64,000 nucleotides of DNA from Tagaea sp. (lineage in GTDB: Bacteria > Pseudomonadota > Alphaproteobacteria > CACIAM-22H2), in assembly GCA_965228135.1 (NCBI GenBank), contig OZ245798.1, positions 1,469,220-1,533,219 on the forward strand, written 5' to 3'. Positions 9,219 through 19,121 of the stretch are shown piece by piece; the first letter of the stretch is position 1; each line of letters begins with the position of its first letter. A program made the position numbers and the translations under genes. The notes beneath the pieces were generated by a model, which saw nothing but the letters and a program-made list of their open reading frames with translations, ran no database searches and was not told where the DNA came from.

Positions 9219-9334
9219 AATGGTGCGCTTCTCGTACTGGATTTTTATTAGTCACTGTATATTTACTATCGATACACTGGGGGCGAGTTGAATCGCAACT
9301 AGTCTGTTGGGCCCGGAACGGAAGGAAGCCAAAA

Positions 9335-9766
9335 TTATCGGACTGGCTGCGTTTCTTTTAGAATTGCGTTCAGCTGCTGCGCCGATGGCGGCTTCGCAAG
9401 CACGGACACTAGATCGACACCGGATAACCGTTTTTTTACGTCGTCCAGTTCTTTGGAAAGACAGAATACAAAAAATGGTGTGTTCTGAAGGCGCGGAACG
9501 AAGCGAGATAACGCAACGAGCTGGGCCCCCGTAAAGTATCGAAGTGCCTGATCCAATATTATTGCCGAGAACCGGCTCATGGTTATCAATTCGAATGCTT
9601 GGAAGCCATCTATTGCCAGTTCACAGTCATAACCCTGCTTAGCCAGAACTGATTCACACCTCGAACGCATCAAGTCGCATTTGGAACCGATCAAAAATCG
9701 GCGATCCACTTCAGTGTGAGTTGCGTCCGTTGTTTTTCCGAATCGCACTACCGCTTCTCCGTCCAT
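9335..9766 (-). CDS. Stand-alone receiver (REC/CheY-like) domain protein, atypical
   Basis: Beta-alpha pattern with phosphoacceptor Asp (AIILDQ), conserved Ser (VFCLSKE) and Lys-Pro (LAKPP). The N-terminal acidic pair is replaced (LIGSKCD). Has a 21-aa N-terminal extension. Confidence 0.5.
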   Translation of the reverse strand: MDGEAVVRFGKTTDATHTEVDRRFLIGSKCDLMRSRCESVLAKQGYDCELAIDGFQAFELITMSRFSAIILDQALRYFTGAQLVALSRFVPRLQNTPFFVFCLSKELDDVKKRLSGVDLVSVLAKPPSAQQLNAILKETQPVR

Positions 9767-10342
9767 CGCGTCGAAGCGGTTTGTACGCGCCGGCCTTCTG
9801 CCAGATCAGTTCAAATGTCGGAATTGCACCATCAGGGCAGATGATCTGCGGGATTCAGTATCAAAACTTAGTTCAATATCGACGAACAATTCGATCGCCT
9901 CGCAAATAACGTCGCATTTTTCAATTCATCGCCGGTCGTCGGAACGCGCGGCGCGATATGATTGTGTTGTTGTCGGACGTCTTGTCGGTCTGGCTTCGCG
10001 CCATCGGCATCGAGGGACCGCCGGCGATGAAGATACCAAAGTCTCCGGCAATTGCTTGCTCATCAAAGGACTGAAGACGATCGAACGATTGATCCAAGCC
10101 AAGTACTCCCCTGACGTCGCCATTCGGCCCTTCAGTTTGGATTGAATCTTTTTCATTCGAGACCGACGGCAGCTCATTCTTACGTTCGACGGCCTCGGCA
10201 ATCCGAGTAGCGGAGTAATAAGAGATCGTGCGCCTATTTGATGGATACAATTCTTCGCAGCGCTCATCAGTTACGCTTCAGCCAATTGGCATGAACTTAA
10301 AATGTTGCGATTTGGTAGGCTTCGTCTCTCGTGGAGAACAGA

Positions 10343-12604
10343 ATGTCTGGGCTGCTTTCGCGTCTACGTATTTCGCTCCAAGTATCGCTTATCGGTATCG
10401 TCGGAGTACTGGGTCTGGTCGCGGTCGGCGCGATCTATTTCGTGGGAAGCGCCAATCAGCAACGTACGCAAGCCTTCGCCGATCGGCAGGGCGCCCTCGA
10501 CGATCGGCTGAAAGCCCTCGACATCGACCTGTTGCAGACACGCCGCCACGAGAAGGACTTTTTGCTCCGGCGCGAGGAGACTTACGTCGCGCGTCACGCC
10601 GCCGCCCAGCAAGCGGCGGCCAAGAATCTCGCCGCGATCCTGTCGGGCGCAAGTGACGCCGAACTTCGCGCGGACGCCCAGAAGGTGCAAGCGGGCCTTG
10701 ATCTGTACCGCCAGCAATTCGCCACCGTCGTCGCCGAGCAGACGAAACTCGGCTTGAACGAGAGTTCCGGCCTGCAAGGCACGCTGCGCCGATCGGTGCA
10801 GGCGGTCGAAGCCGCACTCGCGCGCCACGACTTGCCGCGCCTGGCGGTCACGATGCTGATGATGCGCCGGCACGAGAAGGACTACATCCTCCGCGGCGCA
10901 GCAAGCTACGGCGAAGATATGAAGAAACGCGCGGCCGAGTTCGCGGCCGCCTTGCCCGCCGCCAATCTGCCAGCCGCCGAACGCGACCAAATCGTCCAGC
11001 TGATGGACGCCTACCACCGCGATTTCGCGGAATTCATGTCGACCGATCAGAAACTCCGTGCCGACATACGCAAATTGTCGGAGGCCTACGCGGCGCTCGA
11101 ACCCGAACTCGATCGGATGGCAAAGCGTATCGTTTCGGCGCAGGAAGTCGCGCTCGCCGAGCTCGCCGCAAATCGCGAAGCGACGGCAGCGACGCTCGGG
11201 ACGACGATCGCGATCGTGACGCTGCTCGTCGCACTGCTCGCCTTCGTCATCAGCCGCGGCATCGTCCGGCCGGTGACGTCGCTGACCGGCACGATGGCGC
11301 GCCTCGCCGCCGGCGATCTCGATGTCGCGATCGACGGTGCCGCGCGCAAGGACGAGTTGGGCGCTATGGCGCGCTCGGTCGAGGTCTTCAAGGAAAACGC
11401 GATGGAAGCGCGCCGACTGCGCGCCGAGCAAGCGCGCGCGGCCGAAGAAGCCGAACGGCAGAAGAAACAGGCGCTGATGGATATGGCCGACACGGTCGAA
11501 CGCGAGACCGCCAACGCGCTCGCCGCGATTGCGAAGAATACGCTCCAGGTCAATGGCGCAGCCGAAAGCATGTCGAGTCTGGCGCAAGAAGTGACGATGG
11601 ATTCGCAGGCCGTAGCCGCCGCCTCGGAAGAGGCGCTGGTGAACGTGCAAACAGTCTCTTCGGCGGCCGAGGAACTTTCCGCCTCTATTCGTGAAATTGC
11701 GACGCAAGTGGCGCGCGCCTCCAGCGTGACGAAGGGCGCCGTCGAAAGCGGCGAAAAAGCGCGCACGACGATCGGTTCGCTGTCCGAGGCGGTTGCGCGC
11801 ATCTCGGAGGTCGCTAAGTTGATCGGTCAGATCGCCGGACAAACGAATTTGCTGGCGCTCAACGCCACGATCGAAGCCGCACGTGCGGGCGAAGCCGGCA
11901 AGGGATTCGCGGTGGTCGCTTCGGAGGTGAAAAACCTCGCCACGCAGACGGGCCGCTCGACAGAAGATATCGACCGCCAAGTTGCGGAAATCCGCACCGC
12001 GACGGATGCCTCCGTGGCAGCCGTTAGCGAGATCGGCGATCGCATCCGCGAAATCGATTCCGTCGCTACGGCGATCGCCTCGGCGATGGAGGAGCAAGGT
12101 GCGGCGACACAGGAGATTGCGAGAAACGTGGGCCAGACGGCGGACGCTGCGCGCGAGGTCTCCTCGAAGATCCAGAATGTCAGCCGGGAGGCGGATAACG
12201 TAGGCGCACGCGCGAGCGAGGTACGCGGCGCGATCGGAGGCGTCGGCAGAAGCCTGGAAGAGTTGAAGCGTATTCTCGTGCGGGTCGTGCGCACCTCCAC
12301 CGCCGACGCCGACCGGCGCAAGCACGTACGCCATCCGGTCTCGGCGAAGATCGATGTCTCCGACGGCGCCGGCAAAAGAATCGATGCGGTGCTCGTCGAC
12401 GTATCGCTTGGCGGCGCCCATTTCCGCACAGCGTCGACGCTCAAGCGCGACGAGCGCGGCACGATCCGATTCGACGGATTGGCTTCGCCGATCGCCTTTG
12501 TCGTGCGCCTGCGCGAGGCCGACGGGGCGGTACATGTCGAGTTCCCGGCGGGTGCCGCGGGCGAGGATTTCGGCGCTTGGCTTAGCCAGCGCAGTGCGGC
12601 CTAG
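10343..12604 (+). CDS. Methyl-accepting chemotaxis protein with C-terminal PilZ (c-di-GMP-binding) domain, Tlp1-like
   Basis: TM1, periplasmic region with duplicated RRHEKD(F/Y)(L/I)LR motif, TM2, HAMP, MCP signalling domain, then C-terminal RRKHVR...DVSLGGA PilZ motifs. ATG at 10343 preceded by a GGAG SD; the listed GTG at 10331 is in frame. Confidence 0.85.
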   Translation: MSGLLSRLRISLQVSLIGIVGVLGLVAVGAIYFVGSANQQRTQAFADRQGALDDRLKALDIDLLQTRRHEKDFLLRREETYVARHAAAQQAAAKNLAAILSGASDAELRADAQKVQAGLDLYRQQFATVVAEQTKLGLNESSGLQGTLRRSVQAVEAALARHDLPRLAVTMLMMRRHEKDYILRGAASYGEDMKKRAAEFAAALPAANLPAAERDQIVQLMDAYHRDFAEFMSTDQKLRADIRKLSEAYAALEPELDRMAKRIVSAQEVALAELAANREATAATLGTTIAIVTLLVALLAFVISRGIVRPVTSLTGTMARLAAGDLDVAIDGAARKDELGAMARSVEVFKENAMEARRLRAEQARAAEEAERQKKQALMDMADTVERETANALAAIAKNTLQVNGAAESMSSLAQEVTMDSQAVAAASEEALVNVQTVSSAAEELSASIREIATQVARASSVTKGAVESGEKARTTIGSLSEAVARISEVAKLIGQIAGQTNLLALNATIEAARAGEAGKGFAVVASEVKNLATQTGRSTEDIDRQVAEIRTATDASVAAVSEIGDRIREIDSVATAIASAMEEQGAATQEIARNVGQTADAAREVSSKIQNVSREADNVGARASEVRGAIGGVGRSLEELKRILVRVVRTSTADADRRKHVRHPVSAKIDVSDGAGKRIDAVLVDVSLGGAHFRTASTLKRDERGTIRFDGLASPIAFVVRLREADGAVHVEFPAGAAGEDFGAWLSQRSAA

Positions 12605-13119
12605 CTGATAACGCGCTCTCTCGCGGTCAGGCATCCGCTTCGTGTCCGTCACATTGCGCGATGCTGACGGCCGCCCCGCCCGTTTCGACGATGCAAATCT
12701 CGACAGCCGTGAGGTCCTCTGCCGGAGTGGCAAGTGCAAGTGGCCGAGCCTACGTCTTCTCTAAATCATTACGTATTTGCAGTCCGGAACCTAAACGGCG
12801 TCGGCTTTGCTTCGATCGGCAAGCGATCCGAGGGGCCCTCAGTCCCCCAGACCGTAAAAAACTCTGCTATTTCAATATTGTTTTCCGCATTATCGAGGCA
12901 TTTCGAGGCCTTTTGTGGAAAATGAAAACGCCTGATTCTCTATACTTGTCGATCGACATCCAGACGCCTCTCTCGTATGCGCAAGGCGCAAACAACTAGG
13001 CAGGCATCAGTCCGCATGAGTCTCACTCCTCATTTTGTGAGTTCAAAGCCCCTACGGCACGCCAAAGGCAGCTGATCGAAGGTGGGTGCGCTCCTCGCAA
13101 CGCCGTTTCTCAGCTGGAT

Positions 13120-14094
13120 TTAGGCGCCTGTACGCAGAAAACACGCGGCTTGCGTGCCTGTTCTCGTATCTTCCAGTGATGGACGTGCGGCATCGCAGCG
13201 CGCCACCTTGATGGAGCAACGCGTGACGAACGGGCAGCCCGCCGGCGGCGACAAGGGGCTCGGCAAATCGCCGGTCAGAATGATCTTCGCGCGTTCGCGC
13301 TGCGCGCGCGGATCGGGCAATGGAATCGCCGAAAGCAGCGCTTGGCTATAAGGATGGACCGGCCGCTCGAACAGTGCGTCGATCGGCCCCCGTTCGGCGA
13401 CCGTACCGAGATAGAGCACCAGCGCTTCGTCGGCGATATGCCGCACGACCGAAAGATCATGCGAGATGAATAGGTAGGCGAGACCCAGATCGCGCTGAAG
13501 TTCGATCAAAAGATTCAGCACTTGCGAGCGGATCGAAACATCGAGGGCCGACACCGGTTCGTCGAGCACCAGTAATCGCGGCGATAACGCCAGGGCGCGC
13601 GCGATCACCACGCGCTGACGCTGTCCGCCCGATAGCGCACTTGGCAGACGATCGGCGAGAGTCGACGGCAACCCGACGCGATCGAGCAACTCCGAAACGC
13701 GTTTCTTGCGATCAGCGCGCGACCAGCCGGCGATGGCCAGCGGCTCGGCGATACTGTCGGCAATGCTCATCTTTGGATCGAGCGCCGCACTCGGGTCTTG
13801 GAAGACGATCTGGATATCGCGCGCCAACGCGGCACGGTCAGCGCCGTCGAGATGGGTGATGTCGCGCCCGTCGAATAGTATCGTGCCCGACGTCGCGCGT
13901 TCCAAGCCGATCACGGCATAGGCAGTCGTCGACTTGCCGCAGCCGGACTCGCCGACCAGCGCCAGCGTCTTTCCGGCCTCCAGATCGAACGAAATGCCAT
14001 CGACGGCCTTCACCACGCCGCCTTTCTCGCCCACGCCGCGCCGCAGCTTGAAATGGACTTTAAGATCGCGGACCTGGAGCAGCGGGCCGCTCAT
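13120..14094 (-). CDS. Oligopeptide/dipeptide ABC transporter ATP-binding protein (DppF/OppF-type)
   Basis: Walker A GESGCGKST, signature LSGGQRQR, C-terminal oligo_HPY region. The true start is MSGPLLQVRDL at 14094, overlapping the upstream stop (ATGA). Confidence 0.85.
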   Translation of the reverse strand: MSGPLLQVRDLKVHFKLRRGVGEKGGVVKAVDGISFDLEAGKTLALVGESGCGKSTTAYAVIGLERATSGTILFDGRDITHLDGADRAALARDIQIVFQDPSAALDPKMSIADSIAEPLAIAGWSRADRKKRVSELLDRVGLPSTLADRLPSALSGGQRQRVVIARALALSPRLLVLDEPVSALDVSIRSQVLNLLIELQRDLGLAYLFISHDLSVVRHIADEALVLYLGTVAERGPIDALFERPVHPYSQALLSAIPLPDPRAQRERAKIILTGDLPSPLSPPAGCPFVTRCSIKVARCDAARPSLEDTRTGTQAACFLRTGA

Positions 14095-15068
14095 GCGAGA
14101 CCACCCGCGCGATCGACATGCCAGCACGCCGCGTCGTGCCCCGGCGCAATCGAGGTCAGCGGCGGCACGCGCGCGCAGTCGCCGTCCGCCAACGGGCAGC
14201 GCGTGCGGAAGCGACAGCCTTCGGGCCAAGCGCCGGCACTCGGCACCATGCCTTCGATGGTCTTGAGCGCCGTCTTGCGTTCCCCCGCGAGTTTGGGGAT
14301 CGTCGCCAGCAGCAATCGCGTGTAGGGATGGCGCGGTGCCGCGAATATCGCGTCGACCGGCCCGCTCTCGACGATCCGGCCGCCATACATCACGCAAACG
14401 TCATCGGCGAGATCGGCGACAACACCCATATCGTGGGTGATGAGCACGATCGCGGCATCCACCTCGCGGCGCAAACTGCGCATCAAATCCAGGATCTGCG
14501 CTTGGATCGTCACGTCCAGCGCCGTCGTCGGCTCGTCCGCAATCAGCAACGACGGCCGGCAGATCAGCGCCGCGGCGATCATGATGCGCTGGCACATGCC
14601 ACCCGACAGTTCGAACGGGTACTGCATCGCGCGGCGCGCGGGATCGGGGATGCCCACACGCGCCATCATCTCGATCGCTTGTTCGCGCGCCGCCGGCATC
14701 GTCAAACCGCGATGCAGGACGAGCGCTTCGGCGACTTGCGCGCCTACCCGCATCAACGGATTGAGCGACGCGATCGGCTCCTGAAATATGATCGCCGCCT
14801 CGTTGCCGCGAACGCGCGCAAGGTCGGATTCGTCGAGGCCGGTCAGTTCGCGGGCATTCAAGCGGATGGAACCGCCCGCGATCTTCGCCGCACGCGGCAG
14901 CAAGCCCAATACCGACAACGCCGTGAGGCTCTTGCCGCAGCCGGATTCGCCCACGATCGCGCGGATGCGCCCCGCATCGACCGACAGCGAAACGCCGTCG
15001 ACAATGCGATTGCCGCCGATTTCGACGACGAGATCGTCGATTGCTAGAACGGGCGTATCCGCGCTCAT
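14091..15068 (-). CDS. Oligopeptide/dipeptide ABC transporter ATP-binding protein (DppD/OppD-type)
   Basis: Walker A GESGCGKSL, signature LSGGMCQR, Walker B LIADEPTT. The start at 15068 overlaps the GGT stop. Confidence 0.85.
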   Translation of the reverse strand: MSADTPVLAIDDLVVEIGGNRIVDGVSLSVDAGRIRAIVGESGCGKSLTALSVLGLLPRAAKIAGGSIRLNARELTGLDESDLARVRGNEAAIIFQEPIASLNPLMRVGAQVAEALVLHRGLTMPAAREQAIEMMARVGIPDPARRAMQYPFELSGGMCQRIMIAAALICRPSLLIADEPTTALDVTIQAQILDLMRSLRREVDAAIVLITHDMGVVADLADDVCVMYGGRIVESGPVDAIFAAPRHPYTRLLLATIPKLAGERKTALKTIEGMVPSAGAWPEGCRFRTRCPLADGDCARVPPLTSIAPGHDAACWHVDRAGGLA

Positions 15069-16609
15069 GCGCTCGCCACCGCCACGGCGGCCCACGCACT
15101 GGTCGGGTGCGCCATGCCGACGAAGCCACCTTCGGCGCTGCGCATCACCGCGGACGGGATCGAGAAATTCACGGGATAGAGCGTGTCTTCGACCAACTCG
15201 ATCGGGAACATACTGGCGATCCGCGCCGCCACGTCGCTCTCGGCACGCAGATCGATCTTGATACGCGGCGTCGATGCGTCGATGCGAGGGCGATGGAACG
15301 CCTCCTCCAGCGATAAGCCGTAATCGGCCAGATAGGAGATCAACTGCAGCAAGGTCGGGAAGATCGTCCGCCCGCCCGCCGCACCGATGGAAAGATCAAT
15401 GCGCCCGTTCCGCCCCAGCAGTAGCGGGCACATATTGGCAAGCGGCTTGGCGCCGGGCGCGATCGAGTTCGGCTGACCGGGACGCGGATCGAACCACATC
15501 ATGCCGTTGTTCATGATGATGCCCGCGTTGGGCAGCGCCACGCGCGCACCGAACCGCGACAACAGCGTATTGGTCAGCGACACAAAATTGCCGTCGCGAT
15601 CGACGACGCTGACATGCGAGGTGCAGCCCGCCTGCGGCGTGGCGGCATGGCCCATCGTCGTCAAGCGATGCTCATAGGCTTCGCGGATTGCGCGGGCATA
15701 GATCAACCCCGCTTCGGCCGGTGGCGTCGCCCGCGTAAGCCCAGCGCGTTCGACGCGAGCAGCGGCATCAAAGAAGCTCGGGCCCCCGCTCAAACCCGGA
15801 ATCGCCGCGACATCGTAATCGCGATACTTGCCCATCAGCGGTGCGAGCCACGCGACGCGATAGGACGCCAAATCCGTTCCGCGAATGGGCGACCCGCCCG
15901 CCGCGAGATCGGCGGCGACGATCCGCGCCGCCTCGCCGCCGTAGAAATCCTGCGCACCGGCCTGCGCCAGACGCTTCAGCAGCTTCGCTTTCGCCGTCAT
16001 CGGCTTGAAGCGGCGGGTGTCGGCGCCCGCCTTCGGCGCTTGGCCGTTGTCGAGCAACAAGGCCGAGATCGCAGGATCGCGCGACAAGCCCGCGACCTCG
16101 ATGGCGATGCAAAGCGCGGCGAACCAATCGATTTCCAGCCCACGCTCGGCATGCTCGATCGCCGGCTGCAACGCGTCGTGCCAGGAAATCGTCCCGTATT
16201 TCGCCAGCGCTTCGGCGAAACCCGCGATCGCACCGGGCACGCAAATGGCGCCGTAGCCCGCGACGTTGCGATCGCCGACGACCGACGGCCACGCGAACCA
16301 ATTTCCGGCCTGCGCATCCGCCAAAGGATAATCGGCCGGATCGAGCCCGGATGCCGCGCGCACGTTGAAATCGAGCGCGTTGATCTTGCCGGTCTTGCCA
16401 TCGGCATGCAGAAGGAAGCCGCCGCCGCCGACACCCGACAGCCACGGCTCGACGATGCTGAGCACCAGCGCCGTGACGATCGCCGCATCCATCGCGTTGC
16501 CGCCGCGCGACAAGACCGCCGCCCCCGCCTCCGCCGCGTGGCGGTTTTGGGCGGCGACAAGCCCGTAATTCGAACGGATTGCGGCGCGGCGAACGGTGAA
16601 GGTCTGCAT
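15065..16609 (-). CDS. ggt: Gamma-glutamyltransferase family protein
   Basis: GGT fold with the catalytic Thr region TSHVSVVDRDGNFVSLTNTL. Start trimmed to MQTFTVRR (TGATG junction with the upstream gene). Confidence 0.85.
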   Translation of the reverse strand: MQTFTVRRAAIRSNYGLVAAQNRHAAEAGAAVLSRGGNAMDAAIVTALVLSIVEPWLSGVGGGGFLLHADGKTGKINALDFNVRAASGLDPADYPLADAQAGNWFAWPSVVGDRNVAGYGAICVPGAIAGFAEALAKYGTISWHDALQPAIEHAERGLEIDWFAALCIAIEVAGLSRDPAISALLLDNGQAPKAGADTRRFKPMTAKAKLLKRLAQAGAQDFYGGEAARIVAADLAAGGSPIRGTDLASYRVAWLAPLMGKYRDYDVAAIPGLSGGPSFFDAAARVERAGLTRATPPAEAGLIYARAIREAYEHRLTTMGHAATPQAGCTSHVSVVDRDGNFVSLTNTLLSRFGARVALPNAGIIMNNGMMWFDPRPGQPNSIAPGAKPLANMCPLLLGRNGRIDLSIGAAGGRTIFPTLLQLISYLADYGLSLEEAFHRPRIDASTPRIKIDLRAESDVAARIASMFPIELVEDTLYPVNFSIPSAVMRSAEGGFVGMAHPTSAWAAVAVASA

Positions 16610-17496
16610 CAGGTCTTGGTCCGGAAACGTAACGGCGCGCTCGGCTGCGGCAAACGCATCGGCACGGCGAAACGTTGCGCGTTGACGCTGGTCGCGTGAT
16701 GGGCGGCGACCTCGCCTACCGTGGCGATCCACACGTCCTTCGATGCGGTGACGACGTCGAGCAATTTTTCAAGCATGCGCACGCGCCCCGCACGGCCCGA
16801 AATCCAATCATGGACCGTCAGCATCATGAAGCGGCCTTCGCGATGCAGGACGTGCCATTCGTCGAGCCACGCGTCGAGAATGCCGCCCTGCGGCGAGGGC
16901 GGTGCGCGATCCGTGCCGCTGCCGGTGAAGCGGAAATAGACCGCGTCGTCGATCGCCCAAAGTACGGGCACTTGGGTCACGCCGTCGATCGTGTAGGGAT
17001 GGTCGAATCCCATCAGCGAGGAATCGTAGAGTCCGCGCCGCTTGACCTCGGCCAGCATGAAGGGCGTCATCTCCCACGCGGGCGAGCGGAAACCCTTTGG
17101 CGTCACACCGGTTTGGCTTTTGAACAGTGCGATCGATTCATCGAGCGCGCGGGAAAATTCCTCGGGCCCCGCCTCGGTCGCGAGTTCATGGAAATAGCCG
17201 TGCAAGCCGATCTCGTGCCCGCGTTCCACGAAAGCGGGCAGCAGATCGGGGTGGTTCTTGGCGATCAGGCCGGGCACGAAGAACGAGCCCTTGATCTTAT
17301 AGCGGTCGAGCAGATCGAGTATCCGCCAGATGCCAATGCGCGGCCCGAACAGGCGCTGCTCGATCTGGCTCAACGCAACCGGCGCCGTCTCGGACAGGTT
17401 CCATTGATAAGGCGATTCCGCATCGACATCGACGGTGAAGCAAAAGGCGCTGCCCTTGCCCGCCGGCCATTCATAGGCGCCGTTGATTTGGGTCAT
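16609..17496 (-). CDS. Polysaccharide deacetylase (CE4) family protein
   Basis: NodB-homology motifs FFVPGLIAKNHPDLLPAFVERGHEIGLHGYFHE. Confidence 0.75.
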   Translation of the reverse strand: MTQINGAYEWPAGKGSAFCFTVDVDAESPYQWNLSETAPVALSQIEQRLFGPRIGIWRILDLLDRYKIKGSFFVPGLIAKNHPDLLPAFVERGHEIGLHGYFHELATEAGPEEFSRALDESIALFKSQTGVTPKGFRSPAWEMTPFMLAEVKRRGLYDSSLMGFDHPYTIDGVTQVPVLWAIDDAVYFRFTGSGTDRAPPSPQGGILDAWLDEWHVLHREGRFMMLTVHDWISGRAGRVRMLEKLLDVVTASKDVWIATVGEVAAHHATSVNAQRFAVPMRLPQPSAPLRFRTKT

Positions 17497-18287
17497 TACA
17501 GCGCCTTCTTCTTCGCTTGGTGGACCGCCAGCGCACCGATCGAGTTGCCGCCATCGATCGTCAACGTGGCGCCAGTCACGTAGGACGACGCGTCGCTGGC
17601 GAGATAGAGCAAGCCATTGCCGACATCTTCGCGCGACGATGCGCGGCCCATCGGGATCTGCGACACCGTCGCCTGGATATGCGCCTCGGTCAGTTCGCTG
17701 ACCTTGCTACCGGCGGCGAAGCCCGGCTCCAGCGCGTTGACGCGAATACCGTATTCGGCGAGCTCGACGCCGAAGCCTTTGGTCAGGCGATCGAGCGCTG
17801 TCTTCGACGTGCAATAGGCGACGACCGTGCGACGCATCTTGCGCGAAGCGCCCGACGAGATATTGATGATCGAGCCTTTCACGCCCTTGCGCACCATTTG
17901 CGTGGCGATCTCGCGCGTCAAAATGAAGGGGGCGCGCAGATTGATGCCGAAGATGCGGTCGAACTCGGCGGTCGAAGTATCCAGCAGGAAGGCGCTGGGA
18001 TAGATGCCCGCGTTGTTGACCAGAATATCGGCGGCCCCCCAACGCTTGCCCACTTCCGCCGCGAGCGCCACGATCGAGGCCTCATCGGTCAAATCAGCGG
18101 TCTTGGCGAAGCTGTCGCCGCCAAGCCTGAGTTCCTTGGCGAAGGCGTCGAGCTCGTTCTGCTTCGCGTCGGTCAGGCACAAAGTGGCACCCGCCGCGTG
18201 CAGTGTTTCCGCCAGCCAGCGCCCGATCACGCCGCACGCCCCGGTGACGATCGCGCGCTTGCCCTTGATATCGTCGAACTTGACCAT
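17496..18287 (-). CDS. SDR family oxidoreductase
   Basis: Rossmann TGACGVIG, NNAG, catalytic YCTSK. Confidence 0.8.
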   Translation of the reverse strand: MVKFDDIKGKRAIVTGACGVIGRWLAETLHAAGATLCLTDAKQNELDAFAKELRLGGDSFAKTADLTDEASIVALAAEVGKRWGAADILVNNAGIYPSAFLLDTSTAEFDRIFGINLRAPFILTREIATQMVRKGVKGSIINISSGASRKMRRTVVAYCTSKTALDRLTKGFGVELAEYGIRVNALEPGFAAGSKVSELTEAHIQATVSQIPMGRASSREDVGNGLLYLASDASSYVTGATLTIDGGNSIGALAVHQAKKKAL

Positions 18288-18299
18288 CGCTCTGTTTCC

Positions 18300-19121
18300 T
18301 TATCGCAAACGGGGATCGAGACGGTCGCGCACCGCATCGCCGGTGAGGTTCACGGCGAGCACGAGCACGAAAAGGCAGAAGCCGGGCAAAGTCGCCACCC
18401 ACCAGGCGGTCGCGACATAATTACGCCCGGTCGACAGCATGGCGCCCCAGCTCGCCGTCGGCGGCTGCACGCCGAGGCCCAGGAACGACAGCCCCGCTTC
18501 GAACAGGATCATCAATCCGAATTCGAGCGTGGCGACAACGCTGACGGCGCCGACGATATTGGGCAGGATATGGCGCAACAGAATGCGCCATGCCCCTGCC
18601 CCCATCAACGCGGCGAGCTTCACGTAGGGCATGTTGACGACCGACAAGGTTTGGCCGTAGGCGACGCGCGCGTAACGCGGCCAGCGCGTCAACGCGAGCA
18701 CCATGATGACGTTGAACAGGCTCGGCCCCAGAACCGCGACGGTGATGATCGCCAGCAGCACCGCCGGGATCGACAGGAACACATCGACCACGCGCATGAC
18801 GATCGTTTCGATCCAGCCGCGCCGATAGGCGGCGATCATCCCCAGCACCGTGCCGAGCGTGCCCGACAACACGACCGAAGCGAAAGCGACAATCAGCGAC
18901 ACGCGCGCGCCATGGATCGCGCGGCTGAGCAAATCGCGGCCGAGCTCGTCCGAGCCCAGCAGATAATGGAAACTGCGCGAAACGGTACCCGGCGGGCGCA
19001 ATCGCCCCAGCAGATTCTGCTGGTTGGGATCGTAGGGCGCGATCCAGGGTGCAAAGATCGCGACCATCACGGCAAGCACAAGGATCGCCACCGGCCACCA
19101 GCGCAATGCGAGCTTCATCAT
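18300..19121 (-). CDS. Peptide ABC transporter permease (DppC/OppC-type)
   Basis: BPD_transp_1 permease. Start trimmed to MMKLALRWWP; ATGATGA junction with the upstream gene. Confidence 0.8.
   Translation of the reverse strand: MMKLALRWWPVAILVLAVMVAIFAPWIAPYDPNQQNLLGRLRPPGTVSRSFHYLLGSDELGRDLLSRAIHGARVSLIVAFASVVLSGTLGTVLGMIAAYRRGWIETIVMRVVDVFLSIPAVLLAIITVAVLGPSLFNVIMVLALTRWPRYARVAYGQTLSVVNMPYVKLAALMGAGAWRILLRHILPNIVGAVSVVATLEFGLMILFEAGLSFLGLGVQPPTASWGAMLSTGRNYVATAWWVATLPGFCLFVLVLAVNLTGDAVRDRLDPRLR

Noticed and set aside
5751-10330. Low-GC island as a prophage or transposon
   Set aside because: No integrase, transposase, terminase, capsid or tail genes, and no inverted-repeat termini or target-site duplications are visible at the composition boundaries.
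10364-12739. 791-aa minus-strand ORF antisense to the MCP gene, and similar long antisense ORFs: 17517..19163, 19049..20131, 20185..21567, 24584..26245, 27065..28288, 35894..37780, 39388..40764, 45723..47378, 61955..63832
   Set aside because: Their translations are R/G/A/D-rich and low-complexity with no domain motifs, and they run antisense to genes with clear family signatures. High GC suppresses stop codons on the opposite strand, so these are compositional artefacts.
12661-12999. 112-aa plus-strand ORF in the MCP/opp convergent gap
   Set aside because: Spans the AT-rich patch and has S/R/P-rich, nonsense-like composition. No SD sequence and no motifs.
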